Of a stretch of DNA of 64,000 nucleotides, positions 45,863 through 55,882 are shown piece by piece. Position 1 is the stretch's first letter. Each line of letters starts with the position of its first letter. The translations under genes were made by a program, and so were the position numbers. The DNA comes from Thermoanaerobaculia bacterium (GTDB lineage Bacteria; Acidobacteriota; Thermoanaerobaculia; Multivoradales; JAHEKO01), in the NCBI GenBank assembly GCA_945787575.1, contig CALZKB010000016.1:1189-65188 (forward strand). The letters run 5' to 3'. Under the pieces are notes generated by a model, which ran no database searches, was not told the DNA's origin, and was given only the letters and a program-made list of their open reading frames with translations.

Positions 45863-46552
45863 GTGACCCGGATGGTCCAGCCGACGCTGCTCTGGGATGG
45901 TCGGGCCGAGACCGACCTCGTCCGCGAGCGCTCACCGCTGCCGCGCGAGCGCCTGGCGGCCGGCGGGAAGCCGCTCGAGATCGAGCTCGGATTCGGTAAG
46001 GGGCGCTTCCTGCTCGGCCGCGCCGAGGCCCGAGAGGACCAGGCCTTCCTGGGCATCGAGGTGGCGTCCAAGTACTACCGGCTGGCGCGCGGGCGGGCCG
46101 CCCGCCGAGGGCTCTCCAACCTGACCCTGATTCGCGGAGAGGCGATCTTCTTGATGTCGACGACTCTCGCCCCCGGTCTCGCCAGCGTCGTCCACGTCTA
46201 TCACCCCGACCCCTGGCCGAAGGATCGGCATCACAAGCGCCGGCTGTTCGATCCCGAGACGGTCGATCTCGTGATCGGCCTGCTGGAGCCTGGCGGCCGG
46301 CTCTGCTTCGGGACTGATTTTCTCGACTACGGCGAGCTCGTCAGCGAGCTGCTCGCGTCGCATCCCGGGGTGGATGTGGTGGGCGTCGACGCTTGGCCGG
46401 AGGGTCCGCGCACCAACTACGAAGCCAAGTTCGTGGCGCTCGGCCAGCCGATCGTGCGGCTGATCGCGACGCGGCGCTCCGCAGCGGCAGGGGATCTGAT
46501 TCATCCCGCCGGGCGCCGCGGCATCTTGGCGGGGCCGCGCGAGGCCGGATGA
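45863..46552 (+). CDS. trmB: tRNA (guanine-N7)-methyltransferase
   Basis: EIELGFGKGRFLL, FLGIEV and HPDPWPKDRHHKRRL. Confidence 0.88.
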   Translation: MTRMVQPTLLWDGRAETDLVRERSPLPRERLAAGGKPLEIELGFGKGRFLLGRAEAREDQAFLGIEVASKYYRLARGRAARRGLSNLTLIRGEAIFLMSTTLAPGLASVVHVYHPDPWPKDRHHKRRLFDPETVDLVIGLLEPGGRLCFGTDFLDYGELVSELLASHPGVDVVGVDAWPEGPRTNYEAKFVALGQPIVRLIATRRSAAAGDLIHPAGRRGILAGPREAG

Positions 46553-48291
46553 GGAACATCGGCGCGCTGCGCGGCTATCTGCTGCGCTATCCCGGCAAGC
46601 TCGCCCTCGGTGTCAGCGCCAATCTTGCGATGGCTCTCGTCGGGTTGGCCCACCCGATCGTCGTCGGTCGGGGGGTCGATGCGCTACGCGAGATGGTCTC
46701 CGGCCGGACGCTGCTGGCCTACGGGGCGCTGCTCGTGGGGATCGCCGCCGCTCAAGGGGGGCTGAGCTTCATCCAGCGCATGACCCTCGTCGCGGTGTCG
46801 CGTGACGTCGAGTTCGACCTGCGCAACGAGTACTTCCAGCGCCTGCTCGAGCTACCGCTGTCGTTCTATCAGCATCACCACACGGGCGATCTCATGGCCC
46901 GTGGAACCAACGATCTGCAGGCGGTGAGGATGCTGTGCGGCCCGGCGATCATGTATAGCGCCAACACCCTCTTCACGGCTGTCGGAGCGCTGGCTTTCAT
47001 GACCTACCTGCATCCGCGGCTGACGGTCGCGGCGCTCGTCACGATGCCGCTCGTGGCCCTGGCCGCGAAGCTCTTCGGCCAGCGAATCCACACTCTCTTC
47101 GAGAAGGTCCAGGAGCAGTTCGGGGTGCTCTCGACCCGCGTGCAGGAGAACCTGGCCGGTGCCCGCGTCGTGCGAGCCTACGCTCGGGAGGACCACGAGC
47201 AGGCCGAGTTCGAAAGGCTCAATCGCGACTATATCGAGAAGAGCGCGAAGCTGATTCGTTGGGACTCGGCTTTCCGGCCGTTGCTTCAGCTCCTCGTGGG
47301 CGTCGGTTTCGTGGTGGTTCTTCTCTACGGCGGCCGCCTCGTGATGCGCGAAGAGCTGACGATCGGCCAGTTCGTGACCTTCAACTTCTTCCTCGTGCGG
47401 CTGATCTGGCCGATGATCGCCATCGGTTGGGTGATCAACCTCGCCCAACGCGGCAGCGCCTCGCTGGGGCGGATCCTCGAGGTGCTCGAGACCGAGCCGG
47501 AGATCCGCGACGAGGAGCGAGCGGCCTCGGTCGGCAACCTGACCCCGAGCATCTCGTTTCGCGGCGTCGACTTCGACTACGGCGACGGGGTCCCGGTGCT
47601 GCGAGACGTCAGTTTCGAACTGCCGGAGGGATCCACGCTCGCCCTCGTCGGGCGGACCGGCAGCGGCAAGAGCACCCTCTTGTCGCTGATTCCCCGACTG
47701 CTCGACCCGCCGCCGGACTCGGTGTTCGTCGGTGGCCACGACGTGCGCCGGCTGCCCCTCGCCGAGCTACGCAGGACCTGTGCGGTGGTCCCTCAAGAGA
47801 CGGTTCTCTTCTCCGCCTCGGTTCTCGACAACATCCGGATGAGCCGTCCGCAGGCGGGACTCGACGAGGTCGAGCGCGCGGTGGAGGCAGCGGGACTCGG
47901 ACCGGACCTCGACGCCTTTCCCGACCGGCTCGAGGCGCTCGTGGGAGAGCGGGGACTGACGTTGTCGGGTGGCCAGAAGCAGCGGGTGGCGCTGGCGAGG
48001 GCGATCCTCCGCGAGCCCCTCGTCCTGCTGCTCGACGACTGCCTGTCGGCGGTCGATACCGAGACGGAGGAACGGATTCTCCGCCATCTGCAGGAGATCT
48101 TCATCGGGCGGACGGTGATGCTCGTCTCCCACCGCGTCTCGACGGTCCGTCACGCCGACCAGATTCTGGTTCTCGACCACGGCAGGGTGGTGGAGCGCGG
48201 AACCCACGGGCAACTGGTGGCGAAGGAAGGCGGCCTCTACGCCGACCTCGAACGCCGCCAGCGGCTCGAGGACGAGCTAGCGGTCGTCTAG
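46549..48291 (+). CDS. ABC exporter, fused permease/ATP-binding protein
   Basis: ATGA overlap with trmB. Six-TM exporter domain, GRTGSGKST, LSGGQKQR and LLLLDDCLS. Confidence 0.9.
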   Translation: MRNIGALRGYLLRYPGKLALGVSANLAMALVGLAHPIVVGRGVDALREMVSGRTLLAYGALLVGIAAAQGGLSFIQRMTLVAVSRDVEFDLRNEYFQRLLELPLSFYQHHHTGDLMARGTNDLQAVRMLCGPAIMYSANTLFTAVGALAFMTYLHPRLTVAALVTMPLVALAAKLFGQRIHTLFEKVQEQFGVLSTRVQENLAGARVVRAYAREDHEQAEFERLNRDYIEKSAKLIRWDSAFRPLLQLLVGVGFVVVLLYGGRLVMREELTIGQFVTFNFFLVRLIWPMIAIGWVINLAQRGSASLGRILEVLETEPEIRDEERAASVGNLTPSISFRGVDFDYGDGVPVLRDVSFELPEGSTLALVGRTGSGKSTLLSLIPRLLDPPPDSVFVGGHDVRRLPLAELRRTCAVVPQETVLFSASVLDNIRMSRPQAGLDEVERAVEAAGLGPDLDAFPDRLEALVGERGLTLSGGQKQRVALARAILREPLVLLLDDCLSAVDTETEERILRHLQEIFIGRTVMLVSHRVSTVRHADQILVLDHGRVVERGTHGQLVAKEGGLYADLERRQRLEDELAVV

Positions 48292-48412
48292 CTCGCACAC
48301 TCCATCCGGCCCGGCTGACATCGCGCGCGTTCATCCGGCAGCCGGGGAACGGGTCCCCCGGCTACCGGATGAGTCGAGACGTGGTAGCGACGGTTGTTAG
48401 ACTGCAGTGGCG

Positions 48413-49321
48413 ATGCGCGTCGTGATCACGGGGGGCAGCGGGCTTATCGGGCGGGCGCTCGCTTCCGAGCTGGTGGAGCGTGGCGACCAGGTGGTGGTGA
48501 CCACCCGTTCACCCGAAGGTGTGGACGGGCTGCCCGACACGGTCGAGGTCGCCGCCTGGGACACTGAATCGTCGGCGCTGGTCGAAGCGGCGATAGGAGA
48601 TGCCGACGCGGTGGTTCACCTCGTCGGCGAGGGTATCGGCGACGGGCGGTGGACCGCGAGTCGGCGACGCCGAATTCGTGAGAGCCGTGTCCGTTCGACG
48701 GCGGTCCTCGCGCAGGCGCTCGAACGACTCGGAGGGCGGCCCGCGACCTTGATCCAGGGGTCGGCGGTCGGCTACTACGGTTCGCGTGGGGACGAACGTC
48801 TGACCGAGGCTTCGGACGCCGGGGACGGTTTTCTGGCCGACGTCTGCAAGGAGTGGGAGGAAGCCGCGGCGGGTGTCGAGGAGGCGGGCATCCGCCGGGC
48901 GATCCTGAGAACCGGCGTAGTGCTCTCGAGCGAGGGCGGCGCGCTTCCCAGGATGGCCCTGCCGTTCAAGCTCTTCGCCGGGGGTCCGGTCGGCGGCGGC
49001 GACCAATGGGTGCCGTGGATTCACATCGCCGACGAAGTCGGTGCCATTCTCCACCTGCTCGATCGGTCCGAGGCTCGAGGACCGTTCAATCTGACCGCCC
49101 CGGAGGAGATCACCAATCGGGAGCTGTCGAAAGCGATCGGCCGAGCCCTCCATCGGCCGAGCTTCCTACCCGCGCCGGCCTTCGCTCTGAAGATCGCACT
49201 GGGCGACATGTCTCGGCTCTTGCTCGACAGCCAGAGAGTCGCCCCCGAGGCGTTGGCGACGAGCGGCTACGCCTTCGAGCACCCGCGTATCGAGGCGGCG
49301 TTGGCCGATCTTCTGGCGTGA
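48413..49321 (+). CDS. TIGR01777/YfcH-type epimerase-family (SDR, DUF1731) protein
   Basis: MRVVITGGSGLIG Rossmann start. C-terminal PAFALKIALGDMS ... LLDSQRVAPEAL is typical of the family. Confidence 0.85.
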   Translation: MRVVITGGSGLIGRALASELVERGDQVVVTTRSPEGVDGLPDTVEVAAWDTESSALVEAAIGDADAVVHLVGEGIGDGRWTASRRRRIRESRVRSTAVLAQALERLGGRPATLIQGSAVGYYGSRGDERLTEASDAGDGFLADVCKEWEEAAAGVEEAGIRRAILRTGVVLSSEGGALPRMALPFKLFAGGPVGGGDQWVPWIHIADEVGAILHLLDRSEARGPFNLTAPEEITNRELSKAIGRALHRPSFLPAPAFALKIALGDMSRLLLDSQRVAPEALATSGYAFEHPRIEAALADLLA

Positions 49322-49602
49322 GTGGCGACCGGATCACGGCCGAGCTCGAACGCGCTCGCGCAGCCGGCGAACGGCTGGCACTCGCCGAGATCGTCGACGG
49401 GCCGGGTGTCGGCTCACGACTGCTCGTCTGGCCGGGCGGGCAGGCCCTCGGAAGTCTCGGCTCGCCGCGGCTCAACCAGCGGGTCGCGCTCTACGCCGAG
49501 GGACTGATCACTCGCGGCGGCACGGCGCGCAAGAGATTCGACACACCGGAGGGGGACGTCGAGCTTCTCACCGCCGTGCACCCCGAGGTCGCGAGTGACT
49601 GA
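49318..49602 (+). CDS. Stand-alone XdhC/CoxI N-terminal-domain protein
   Basis: GTGA overlap with the upstream stop. ELERARAAGERLALAEIVDGPGVGSRLLVWPGG ... GSLGSPRLN resembles only the N-domain of XdhC. Confidence 0.5.
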   Translation: MSGDRITAELERARAAGERLALAEIVDGPGVGSRLLVWPGGQALGSLGSPRLNQRVALYAEGLITRGGTARKRFDTPEGDVELLTAVHPEVASD

Positions 49603-50047
49603 AGCGATTCGCCAGGGCGACATTCCCGGCGTTCAGCTGCGCTGCCGGCAGTCGCTTCCGGTCGATGTCGACGCCGGCTGGGCTCTCCTCGCCTCAGCCA
49701 CCAGCCAGGAACGGTGGCTGTGCCCGCGGGCGATCGCGGACCCGAGCCCCGGCGGCGCCGTCGAATGGACCGGCAACGACGAGTTCGCTGACGACGCCGT
49801 CGAGCGAGGCGAGACCTTGGTCGTCGACCCGCCGGCGCGCTGGGTCCTGGCGCTGCGCCAGCCGGAGTGGACGGTCGCGACCCGGCTCGAGTTCGAGCTG
49901 ACGCCGCTGAAGGACGGCTGCGAGCTGTCGGTGCTTCACAACGGCTTCGAACATCTACCCCTCTCCGCCAGCCTGACCGTGTGGGAGGCCTATCGCCGGC
50001 ACTGGCGGGGCGCTCTCGACCGGCTCCGTGAGCTGGCGGCGAAATAG
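49595..50047 (+). CDS. SRPBCC (AHSA1/START-like) domain protein
   Basis: 150 aa with an SRPBCC-like pattern (LPVDVDAGWALLAS ... WVLALRQPEW ... LEFELTPLKDGCELSVLHNGF). 8-nt overlap with the preceding ORF. Confidence 0.6.
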   Translation: MTEAIRQGDIPGVQLRCRQSLPVDVDAGWALLASATSQERWLCPRAIADPSPGGAVEWTGNDEFADDAVERGETLVVDPPARWVLALRQPEWTVATRLEFELTPLKDGCELSVLHNGFEHLPLSASLTVWEAYRRHWRGALDRLRELAAK

Positions 50048-50123
50048 CGCCGCGACCGGATCTGCAGGAAAGGAGCCCGGCGGCCTCGGTCGGTGGGACG
50101 CGCGCCGACACGGGCGGGTCGGT

Positions 50124-51323
50124 TCAACCCCAGGAGTCGCGCAGTTCCTCCGCGAGGTCGCTTGCGATGGAGTGCTCGGCGTAGACCCGGAAACGGTCGA
50201 TCCGCCGCAGGTGTCCGATGAAGTGGCTCGCTTCCGCGATCGGTGCGAGGCGACCGTCGAACCGTCGGGCGAAGACCCGCGCCTGGCGCAGACGGTGAGG
50301 ATCTTTGGCCGAGTGCGAGATCATCAGGTTCTCGGCTCCGAACCGCTCTTCGATGCCGGGCAACAGCCCTTCGAAGCGCTCCTTGTCGGCGGCGCTCAGA
50401 TGCTCTTCCGTTTCGAATGCCAGGGGGAATCCGCGTCTCTCGACCACCGCGCGGGCGTGGCGCGAGCGCGAGCCTCGCATCCGCGTCCAAGTGGTGATGT
50501 CGTCGTGGGCCAGGAAACGCTCGGGCTCGACCGGCCAGCGCAGGCCCTCGTCCTCGAGCCAGCGTGACAGATGAAGCTCGTAGGCCTTACCGATGACGTT
50601 GAAATAGACCTGCGTGAACATGTAGTAGCGGGCCATGACGAGTCCTTCGAGGGCGTGCACGCCGCCCTCTTCGACGCCGAGGCCCCAATCATCGGTGACC
50701 GGGTCCTGGAGCGCTTCCATCGTGTGGAGCAAACGGTCGAGGTCGTAGCTGCCGTAGCGCACACCGCAGTAGAGGCCGTCCCGGAGCAAGTAGTCCATTT
50801 TGTCGACGTCGAGCTCGCCCGCCACGATCTGCGACAGGAGACGCTCACGGGAATCGCGCGGCATCGTCAGCACGTGGACGACATCGCCCGCCTTGACCCC
50901 CCCGCCGTGGCGATCGAAGAGACTCGAGATCTCGCCGCTCGAGATCAGGCGGGAGGTCATTTGTTCATGGTCTATCGGCTCCTCGAACAGCTCCTCGGCC
51001 GAGTGCGAAAACGGTGGGTGCCCGATGTCATGGAGCAGGGCGGCGGCGCGGACGAGGCGCCGATCGAGGCTGTCGGGGGCGCTATCGAGGAGCCCGTCGC
51101 TGCCGTGCGCGATCGCGTCGAACACCCGACTGGCGAGATGCATGACGCCGAGCGCGTGACTGAAACGACTGTGCTCCGCGCCGGGGAAGACCAGGTAGGC
51201 CATTCCCAGCTGTCGGATCCACCGGAGCCGTTGGAGGACCGGGCTGTTGATCAGCGCCGTTTCGAGCGCGTCGGCGCTGATGAACCCGTGAAGTGGATCA
51301 CGAAAGGAAGCAGTGGCGCTCAA
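50124..51323 (-). CDS. HD-domain phosphohydrolase (dNTP triphosphohydrolase/SAMHD1-like)
   Basis: HSRFSHALGV ... LLHDIGHPPFSH ... ELDVDKMDYLLRD. Confidence 0.85.
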   Translation of the reverse strand: MSATASFRDPLHGFISADALETALINSPVLQRLRWIRQLGMAYLVFPGAEHSRFSHALGVMHLASRVFDAIAHGSDGLLDSAPDSLDRRLVRAAALLHDIGHPPFSHSAEELFEEPIDHEQMTSRLISSGEISSLFDRHGGGVKAGDVVHVLTMPRDSRERLLSQIVAGELDVDKMDYLLRDGLYCGVRYGSYDLDRLLHTMEALQDPVTDDWGLGVEEGGVHALEGLVMARYYMFTQVYFNVIGKAYELHLSRWLEDEGLRWPVEPERFLAHDDITTWTRMRGSRSRHARAVVERRGFPLAFETEEHLSAADKERFEGLLPGIEERFGAENLMISHSAKDPHRLRQARVFARRFDGRLAPIAEASHFIGHLRRIDRFRVYAEHSIASDLAEELRDSWG

Positions 51324-51438
51324 GGTCTCGGCTCCTGCGATCGGCTCTCGATGCTGCGGCTCTCTCGGCTCCGGGGCTGGTCAGGGGGCGTGAGCTCGGC
51401 GGCGATTGTACCGGCCCCGCGGCGGAGGTCCCGATCCG

Positions 51439-51963
51439 TCACCCGATCGAACCGGCTCCCGGGCCCTCGCGCCACGCTCTCGTTCGCAGCTCGGAGAGGC
51501 TCTCAGCCGCCGCCAGCAGCGACTCCACGGTCGCGCCGTCGGGCGGCAGCCGAAGACCGGGCGCAACGTCGGCGAGCGGCGCCAGGACGAAAGCCCGGAC
51601 CCGAAGTCCGGGATGGGGGAGAGTCAGTTCCGGAGTGTTCCGCTCCTCGCGGCCGTAGAGCAAGAGGTCGAGGTCGAGCGGTCGGGAGCTCCAGCGCGGT
51701 CCGCGGCGACGACCGGCCCGGAGCTCCAGGAATTTAAGGACAGCGAGAAGCGGTTCCGGATCGAGGTGGGTACGACCGACGAACACGGTGTTCAAGTAGG
51801 GTGGCTGGCGGCCGCCGCCGAGCGGCATCGACTCGTACAGCCCGCCGCAGCGAGCGTCGGCCAGGATTGGGTCGAGGCTTCGCAAAGCGCTCCGGAGGTG
51901 ACTCTCGCGATCTCCGAGGTTGCTACCCGCGCCGATGGCCACGGAGACTTTGGTAGGAGACAT
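51439..51963 (-). CDS. folK: 2-amino-4-hydroxy-6-hydroxymethyldihydropteridine diphosphokinase
   Basis: AIGAGSNLGD, YESMPLG, RPLDLDLLLYG and LTLPHPGL. Confidence 0.9.
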   Translation of the reverse strand: MSPTKVSVAIGAGSNLGDRESHLRSALRSLDPILADARCGGLYESMPLGGGRQPPYLNTVFVGRTHLDPEPLLAVLKFLELRAGRRRGPRWSSRPLDLDLLLYGREERNTPELTLPHPGLRVRAFVLAPLADVAPGLRLPPDGATVESLLAAAESLSELRTRAWREGPGAGSIG

Positions 51964-52060
51964 CGTGCCGTCGTCGGTTGAGGCTTTTGCATCTTACAGC
52001 CGGCGCCGGTACCATCCGCACCCCGAGTCCTCAGTCGGCGGCCGTGCCTCGGGTGACCCC

Positions 52061-52792
52061 ATGCGAAACCGAAGGAAGTGCATTCTCGCGGCCCTTTGGG
52101 TCTGCGCTCCCGCGACGCTCGCGCTGTCGGCGGCGCTCGGAGCTCAACCGCCCAGCCCCTACGATGTCGAACCGAGCGAGCGGCTCGCTGCGCTCGTCGA
52201 GCGGATGCGTTTCGAGCAGGATCGGCTGCAAACCCTGGAAGCGGGTTTCGTGCAGCGTAAGCAGAGCTTGCTTCTGCTGGAGCCGGAGGTGGCGACCGGA
52301 ATCTTCTCGTACGAGTCGCCCGATCGGGTGCGCTGGGAGTACCACGAGCCCAATCCGATCTCGCTTTTGATCGACGGCGATCAGATGACGACCTGGTACC
52401 GCGACCTCGATCAGGTCGAAGAGGTCGAGATCGGTCGACACTCCCAACGGGTGCTCGAGTACCTCGGGGCCGGCAGCTCGCTGGCGCGCCTCCTCGAGTA
52501 CTTCGAGGTGACCCTCTCGCTTCCGGACGACCGCTCGCAGCCGATGCGTCTCGAGCTCGAGCCCAAGTTCGAGCGGGTCGCACGGCGGATCGAAGGGATG
52601 AAGATCTGGGTCGATCCCGGCACCTTCCTGCCGCTGAGGTTGCGATACACCGAGCCAGACGGCGACCTGACGGACTATCAGTTCGCGGACTACTCGATCA
52701 ACGGCGAGCTGCCGAGCGAGCGTTTCGAGCTCGACCTGCCGTCCGGTGTCCAGGTCCGCACGATCGACCTGCGTCGCGCCGGTCTGCAGTAG
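52061..52792 (+). CDS. LolA-like outer-membrane lipoprotein carrier family protein
   Basis: Signal peptide CILAALWVCAPATLALSAALGAQ. The LEAGFVQRK ... F ... P.R.RWEY pattern is typical of LolA-fold proteins. Confidence 0.7.
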   Translation: MRNRRKCILAALWVCAPATLALSAALGAQPPSPYDVEPSERLAALVERMRFEQDRLQTLEAGFVQRKQSLLLLEPEVATGIFSYESPDRVRWEYHEPNPISLLIDGDQMTTWYRDLDQVEEVEIGRHSQRVLEYLGAGSSLARLLEYFEVTLSLPDDRSQPMRLELEPKFERVARRIEGMKIWVDPGTFLPLRLRYTEPDGDLTDYQFADYSINGELPSERFELDLPSGVQVRTIDLRRAGLQ

Positions 52793-52795
52793 CTC

Positions 52796-53923
52796 GTGAC
52801 TCTCGACTTCCAGCTGTTGGCGCGGGACGGCAGCGCGCGCTACGGCCGGCTCGCGACCCCGCACGGCGAGATCGAAACGCCCGTCTTCATGCCGGTCGGC
52901 TCGCTCGGAGCGGTCAAGGGAGTGCCGGCGCCGGCACTGCGGGAGGCGGGGGCGGCGATCATGCTGTCCAATCTCTATCACCTCTCCCTCCGGCCCGGGA
53001 TCGAGGTGATCGAGAAGCTCGGTGGAATCCACGCGTTCACCGGATGGTCCGGTCCGATCCTCACCGACAGCGGAGGCTTCCAGGTCTTTTCTCTGGCCCG
53101 TCTGCGTCGGATCGACGAAGACGGTGTGACCTTTCAGAACCACGTCGACGGAGGCGAGATGAGGCTGACCCCCGAGAGCGTCGTCGAGGCGCAGCGGCGG
53201 CTCGGGGTCGACATCGCGATGGTCCTTGACGAATGCCCGCCGTGGCCCGTCTCTCGCGCCGACGCCGAAGCGTCACTCGACCGCACGCAGGCGTGGGCGC
53301 GGCGGTCGCGCAAGGCCTGGAGCGGAGCGCCGGCGGGGCTCTTCGGCATCGTCCAGGGTTCGGTCTTTCCGCAGCTCCGCCGGCGGGCGATCGAGGAGCT
53401 CGCCGCCCTGGACTTCCCCGGCTACGCCATCGGTGGGGTGAGCGTCGGGGAGCCGGCCGAGGATCGACATCAGGTGGTCGAGTGGTCGGCGCCCGAGCTG
53501 CCCGAGGACAAGCCCCGTTACCTCATGGGGGTGGGGACGCCGTGGGACATCGCACACGCCGTCGCCCAGGGAGTCGACATGTTCGACTGTGTGATTCCGT
53601 CACGCAACGCTCGACATGGCCAGCTCTTCACGCGTCAAGGCGTCTTGAGGATCAAGAACGCGCGCTTCAAGGACGATCCGGCGCCGCTCGACGAGGGGTG
53701 CGAGTGCGCCTGCTGCGCGACGAGCAGCCGGGCGTTCCTCCATCACCTGTTTCGCTGCAGAGAGGTGACCGGACCGGTCCTCGCGACCGCTCACAACATC
53801 CGCTTCTATCTTGACTTTGTACGGGATCTCCGGGAAGCTATCCCGTCCGGTTCGATGGCGGAAAAACTGCGCTCGGTCCAGAGCGTCTACGCCTCCTCCC
53901 GAGCCGTGGAGCCCAGCTCCTAG
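52796..53923 (+). CDS. tgt: Queuine tRNA-ribosyltransferase
   Basis: TPVFMPVG, LTDSGGFQVFS, GIVQG, GYAIGG and the zinc site CxCxxC ... H (CECACC). Confidence 0.95.
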   Translation: MTLDFQLLARDGSARYGRLATPHGEIETPVFMPVGSLGAVKGVPAPALREAGAAIMLSNLYHLSLRPGIEVIEKLGGIHAFTGWSGPILTDSGGFQVFSLARLRRIDEDGVTFQNHVDGGEMRLTPESVVEAQRRLGVDIAMVLDECPPWPVSRADAEASLDRTQAWARRSRKAWSGAPAGLFGIVQGSVFPQLRRRAIEELAALDFPGYAIGGVSVGEPAEDRHQVVEWSAPELPEDKPRYLMGVGTPWDIAHAVAQGVDMFDCVIPSRNARHGQLFTRQGVLRIKNARFKDDPAPLDEGCECACCATSSRAFLHHLFRCREVTGPVLATAHNIRFYLDFVRDLREAIPSGSMAEKLRSVQSVYASSRAVEPSS

Positions 53924-53956
53924 TCAGCCCCGCCCTAATCCAGTCCGCAGCGGAGA

Positions 53957-54277
53957 ATGGAGTCCGAGATGAGCGTGCTCGCAGTGACGATTGCCCAGAC
54001 GACAGGCCAGTCGGGCCTCATCAACTTCCTCCCTCTGGTTCTCATCTTCGGCATCTTCTACTTCCTGCTGATCGCCCCGATGCGCAAGCGCCAAAAGCAG
54101 CTCCAGCAGATGCTCTCGGAGCTCAAGAAGGGGGACCGTGTGGTGACGAACGGAGGGATCCATGGAGAGGTCTACGCTCTCGACGAGGAGACGCTCCTGC
54201 TCAAAGTCGCGGAGAACGTGAGGATCAAGGTTGCGCGCTCGGCGATCTCCGGCAAACAAGGCGAGGAAGATTCGTAA
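53957..54277 (+). CDS. yajC: Preprotein translocase subunit YajC
   Basis: FYFLLIAPMRKRQK ... LKKGDRVVTNGGIHGEV. Confidence 0.9.
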   Translation: MESEMSVLAVTIAQTTGQSGLINFLPLVLIFGIFYFLLIAPMRKRQKQLQQMLSELKKGDRVVTNGGIHGEVYALDEETLLLKVAENVRIKVARSAISGKQGEEDS

Positions 54278-55845
54278 TGAACCGAAGTCTGATGTTGCGC
54301 GGTCTGGCGATCCTGGCAGTCGCCGCCGTCTCTCTGTTCTCCGCTTATCCTCTCGAGGACAGCGTCAAGCTCGGCCTCGACCTGCGCGGCGGCATCCATC
54401 TCAAGCTGGAGGTGGCGACCGAGGACGCCCTTCGCTCGGAGACCGAGAAGGACCTCGATCGGGTGATCGCCGAGCTCAACGAAACGGGGCTCGCCGGGGC
54501 GACGGGCGAGCGGACCGGTGACGGCACCTTCTCGGTGAGCGGCGTGCCGGCGAGCCGCGACGCGGACGTCCGTCAAGCGGTCGACACGTTCCTGCAGGGC
54601 TGGAGCTATCAGCGCTCCGGTGACCGGATCGATTTCCGGATGACGGCGTCGAACCTCAACGAGATCAAGAACCTGGCCGTCGTCCAGGCTCTCGAGACGA
54701 TCCGCAACCGGGTCGACGAGTTCGGTGTGGCCGAGCCGGTGATCCAGCGTCAGGGGGAGCGGCGGATCGTCGTCCAACTGCCCGGCGTCGACGATCCGGA
54801 GCGCGTCAAGGAGATCATCAAGAACACCGCGTTCCTCGAGTTCCGTCTCGTCGACTACCCGATGGGCGGAGCCGCCGCAGGGAGTCCCGAGGAGATCCTC
54901 TCCCACTACGGCGGCGCCCTGCCGGAGAACCTCGAGATCAAGGTGCAGATCTTGAGGGACGACGCCGCGCAGGAGACCGGCCGCCTCTATTACGCGGTCG
55001 AAAAGCGGGCGACGGTCACCGGTCGAGACTTGCGCAACGCCCGGCCGGGCCTCGGTGACTTCAACCAGCCGGTCGTCAACTTCTACCTGACCCACGAGGG
55101 AGGCGTGAAGTTCGGAGAGGTCACGGGCAACAACGTCGGCCGCGGGCTCGCCATCGTTCTCGACGGTTTCGTCCGGTCGGCGCCGAACATCAACAGCCGG
55201 ATCAACGATCAGGGGATCATCGAGGGCGGCTTCACTCAGCGGGAGGTGGAGGATCTCTCCACGGTTCTGCGCTCGGGCGCATTGCCGGCAGGCATCACCT
55301 ACCTCGAGGAGCGCACGGTGGGACCCTCGTTGGGGCAGGATTCGATCCGCAGAGGCCTGCGAGCCGGTCTCCTCGGACTCGGTCTGATCGTCCTGGCGAT
55401 GTTGGTGGTCTACAAGCTGACGGGGCTCAACGCCGTCGTCGCGCTGCTGCTCAACATCGGCGTCATCTTCGGGGCGCTGGCCTATTTTGGCGCGACGTTG
55501 ACGCTGCCCGGTATCGCCGGCATCGTCCTCATCATCGGAATGGCCGTCGACGCCAACGTGCTCGTCTTCGAGCGTATTCGTGAGGAGCTGCGCAAGGGAC
55601 GCACCGTCAAGTCGTCGATCGACGCCGGTTTCGGCAAGGCGTTGTCCTCGGTGCTCGACGCCAACATCACGACGCTGATCGCGGCACTTTTTCTCTTCCA
55701 GTTCGGCACGGGCCCTATCCGGGGATTCGCCGTGACTCTCTCGATCGGGATTCTGGCGTCCGTGTTCACCGCTATCTTCGTGAGTCGCTGGATCTTCGAC
55801 ATGCTGCTGTCGCGCCGGCGCAAGGTCGACGGTCTGTCGATCTAG
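54277..55845 (+). CDS. secD: Protein translocase subunit SecD
   Basis: LGLDLRGGIHL, VDEFGVAEPVIQRQG, GIAGIVLIIGMAVDANVLVFERIREE. Confidence 0.95.
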   Translation: MNRSLMLRGLAILAVAAVSLFSAYPLEDSVKLGLDLRGGIHLKLEVATEDALRSETEKDLDRVIAELNETGLAGATGERTGDGTFSVSGVPASRDADVRQAVDTFLQGWSYQRSGDRIDFRMTASNLNEIKNLAVVQALETIRNRVDEFGVAEPVIQRQGERRIVVQLPGVDDPERVKEIIKNTAFLEFRLVDYPMGGAAAGSPEEILSHYGGALPENLEIKVQILRDDAAQETGRLYYAVEKRATVTGRDLRNARPGLGDFNQPVVNFYLTHEGGVKFGEVTGNNVGRGLAIVLDGFVRSAPNINSRINDQGIIEGGFTQREVEDLSTVLRSGALPAGITYLEERTVGPSLGQDSIRRGLRAGLLGLGLIVLAMLVVYKLTGLNAVVALLLNIGVIFGALAYFGATLTLPGIAGIVLIIGMAVDANVLVFERIREELRKGRTVKSSIDAGFGKALSSVLDANITTLIAALFLFQFGTGPIRGFAVTLSIGILASVFTAIFVSRWIFDMLLSRRRKVDGLSI

Positions 55846-55882
55846 ACTCGCCGACCCGGGACCAGGGCTGAGGAGCGCCTCC

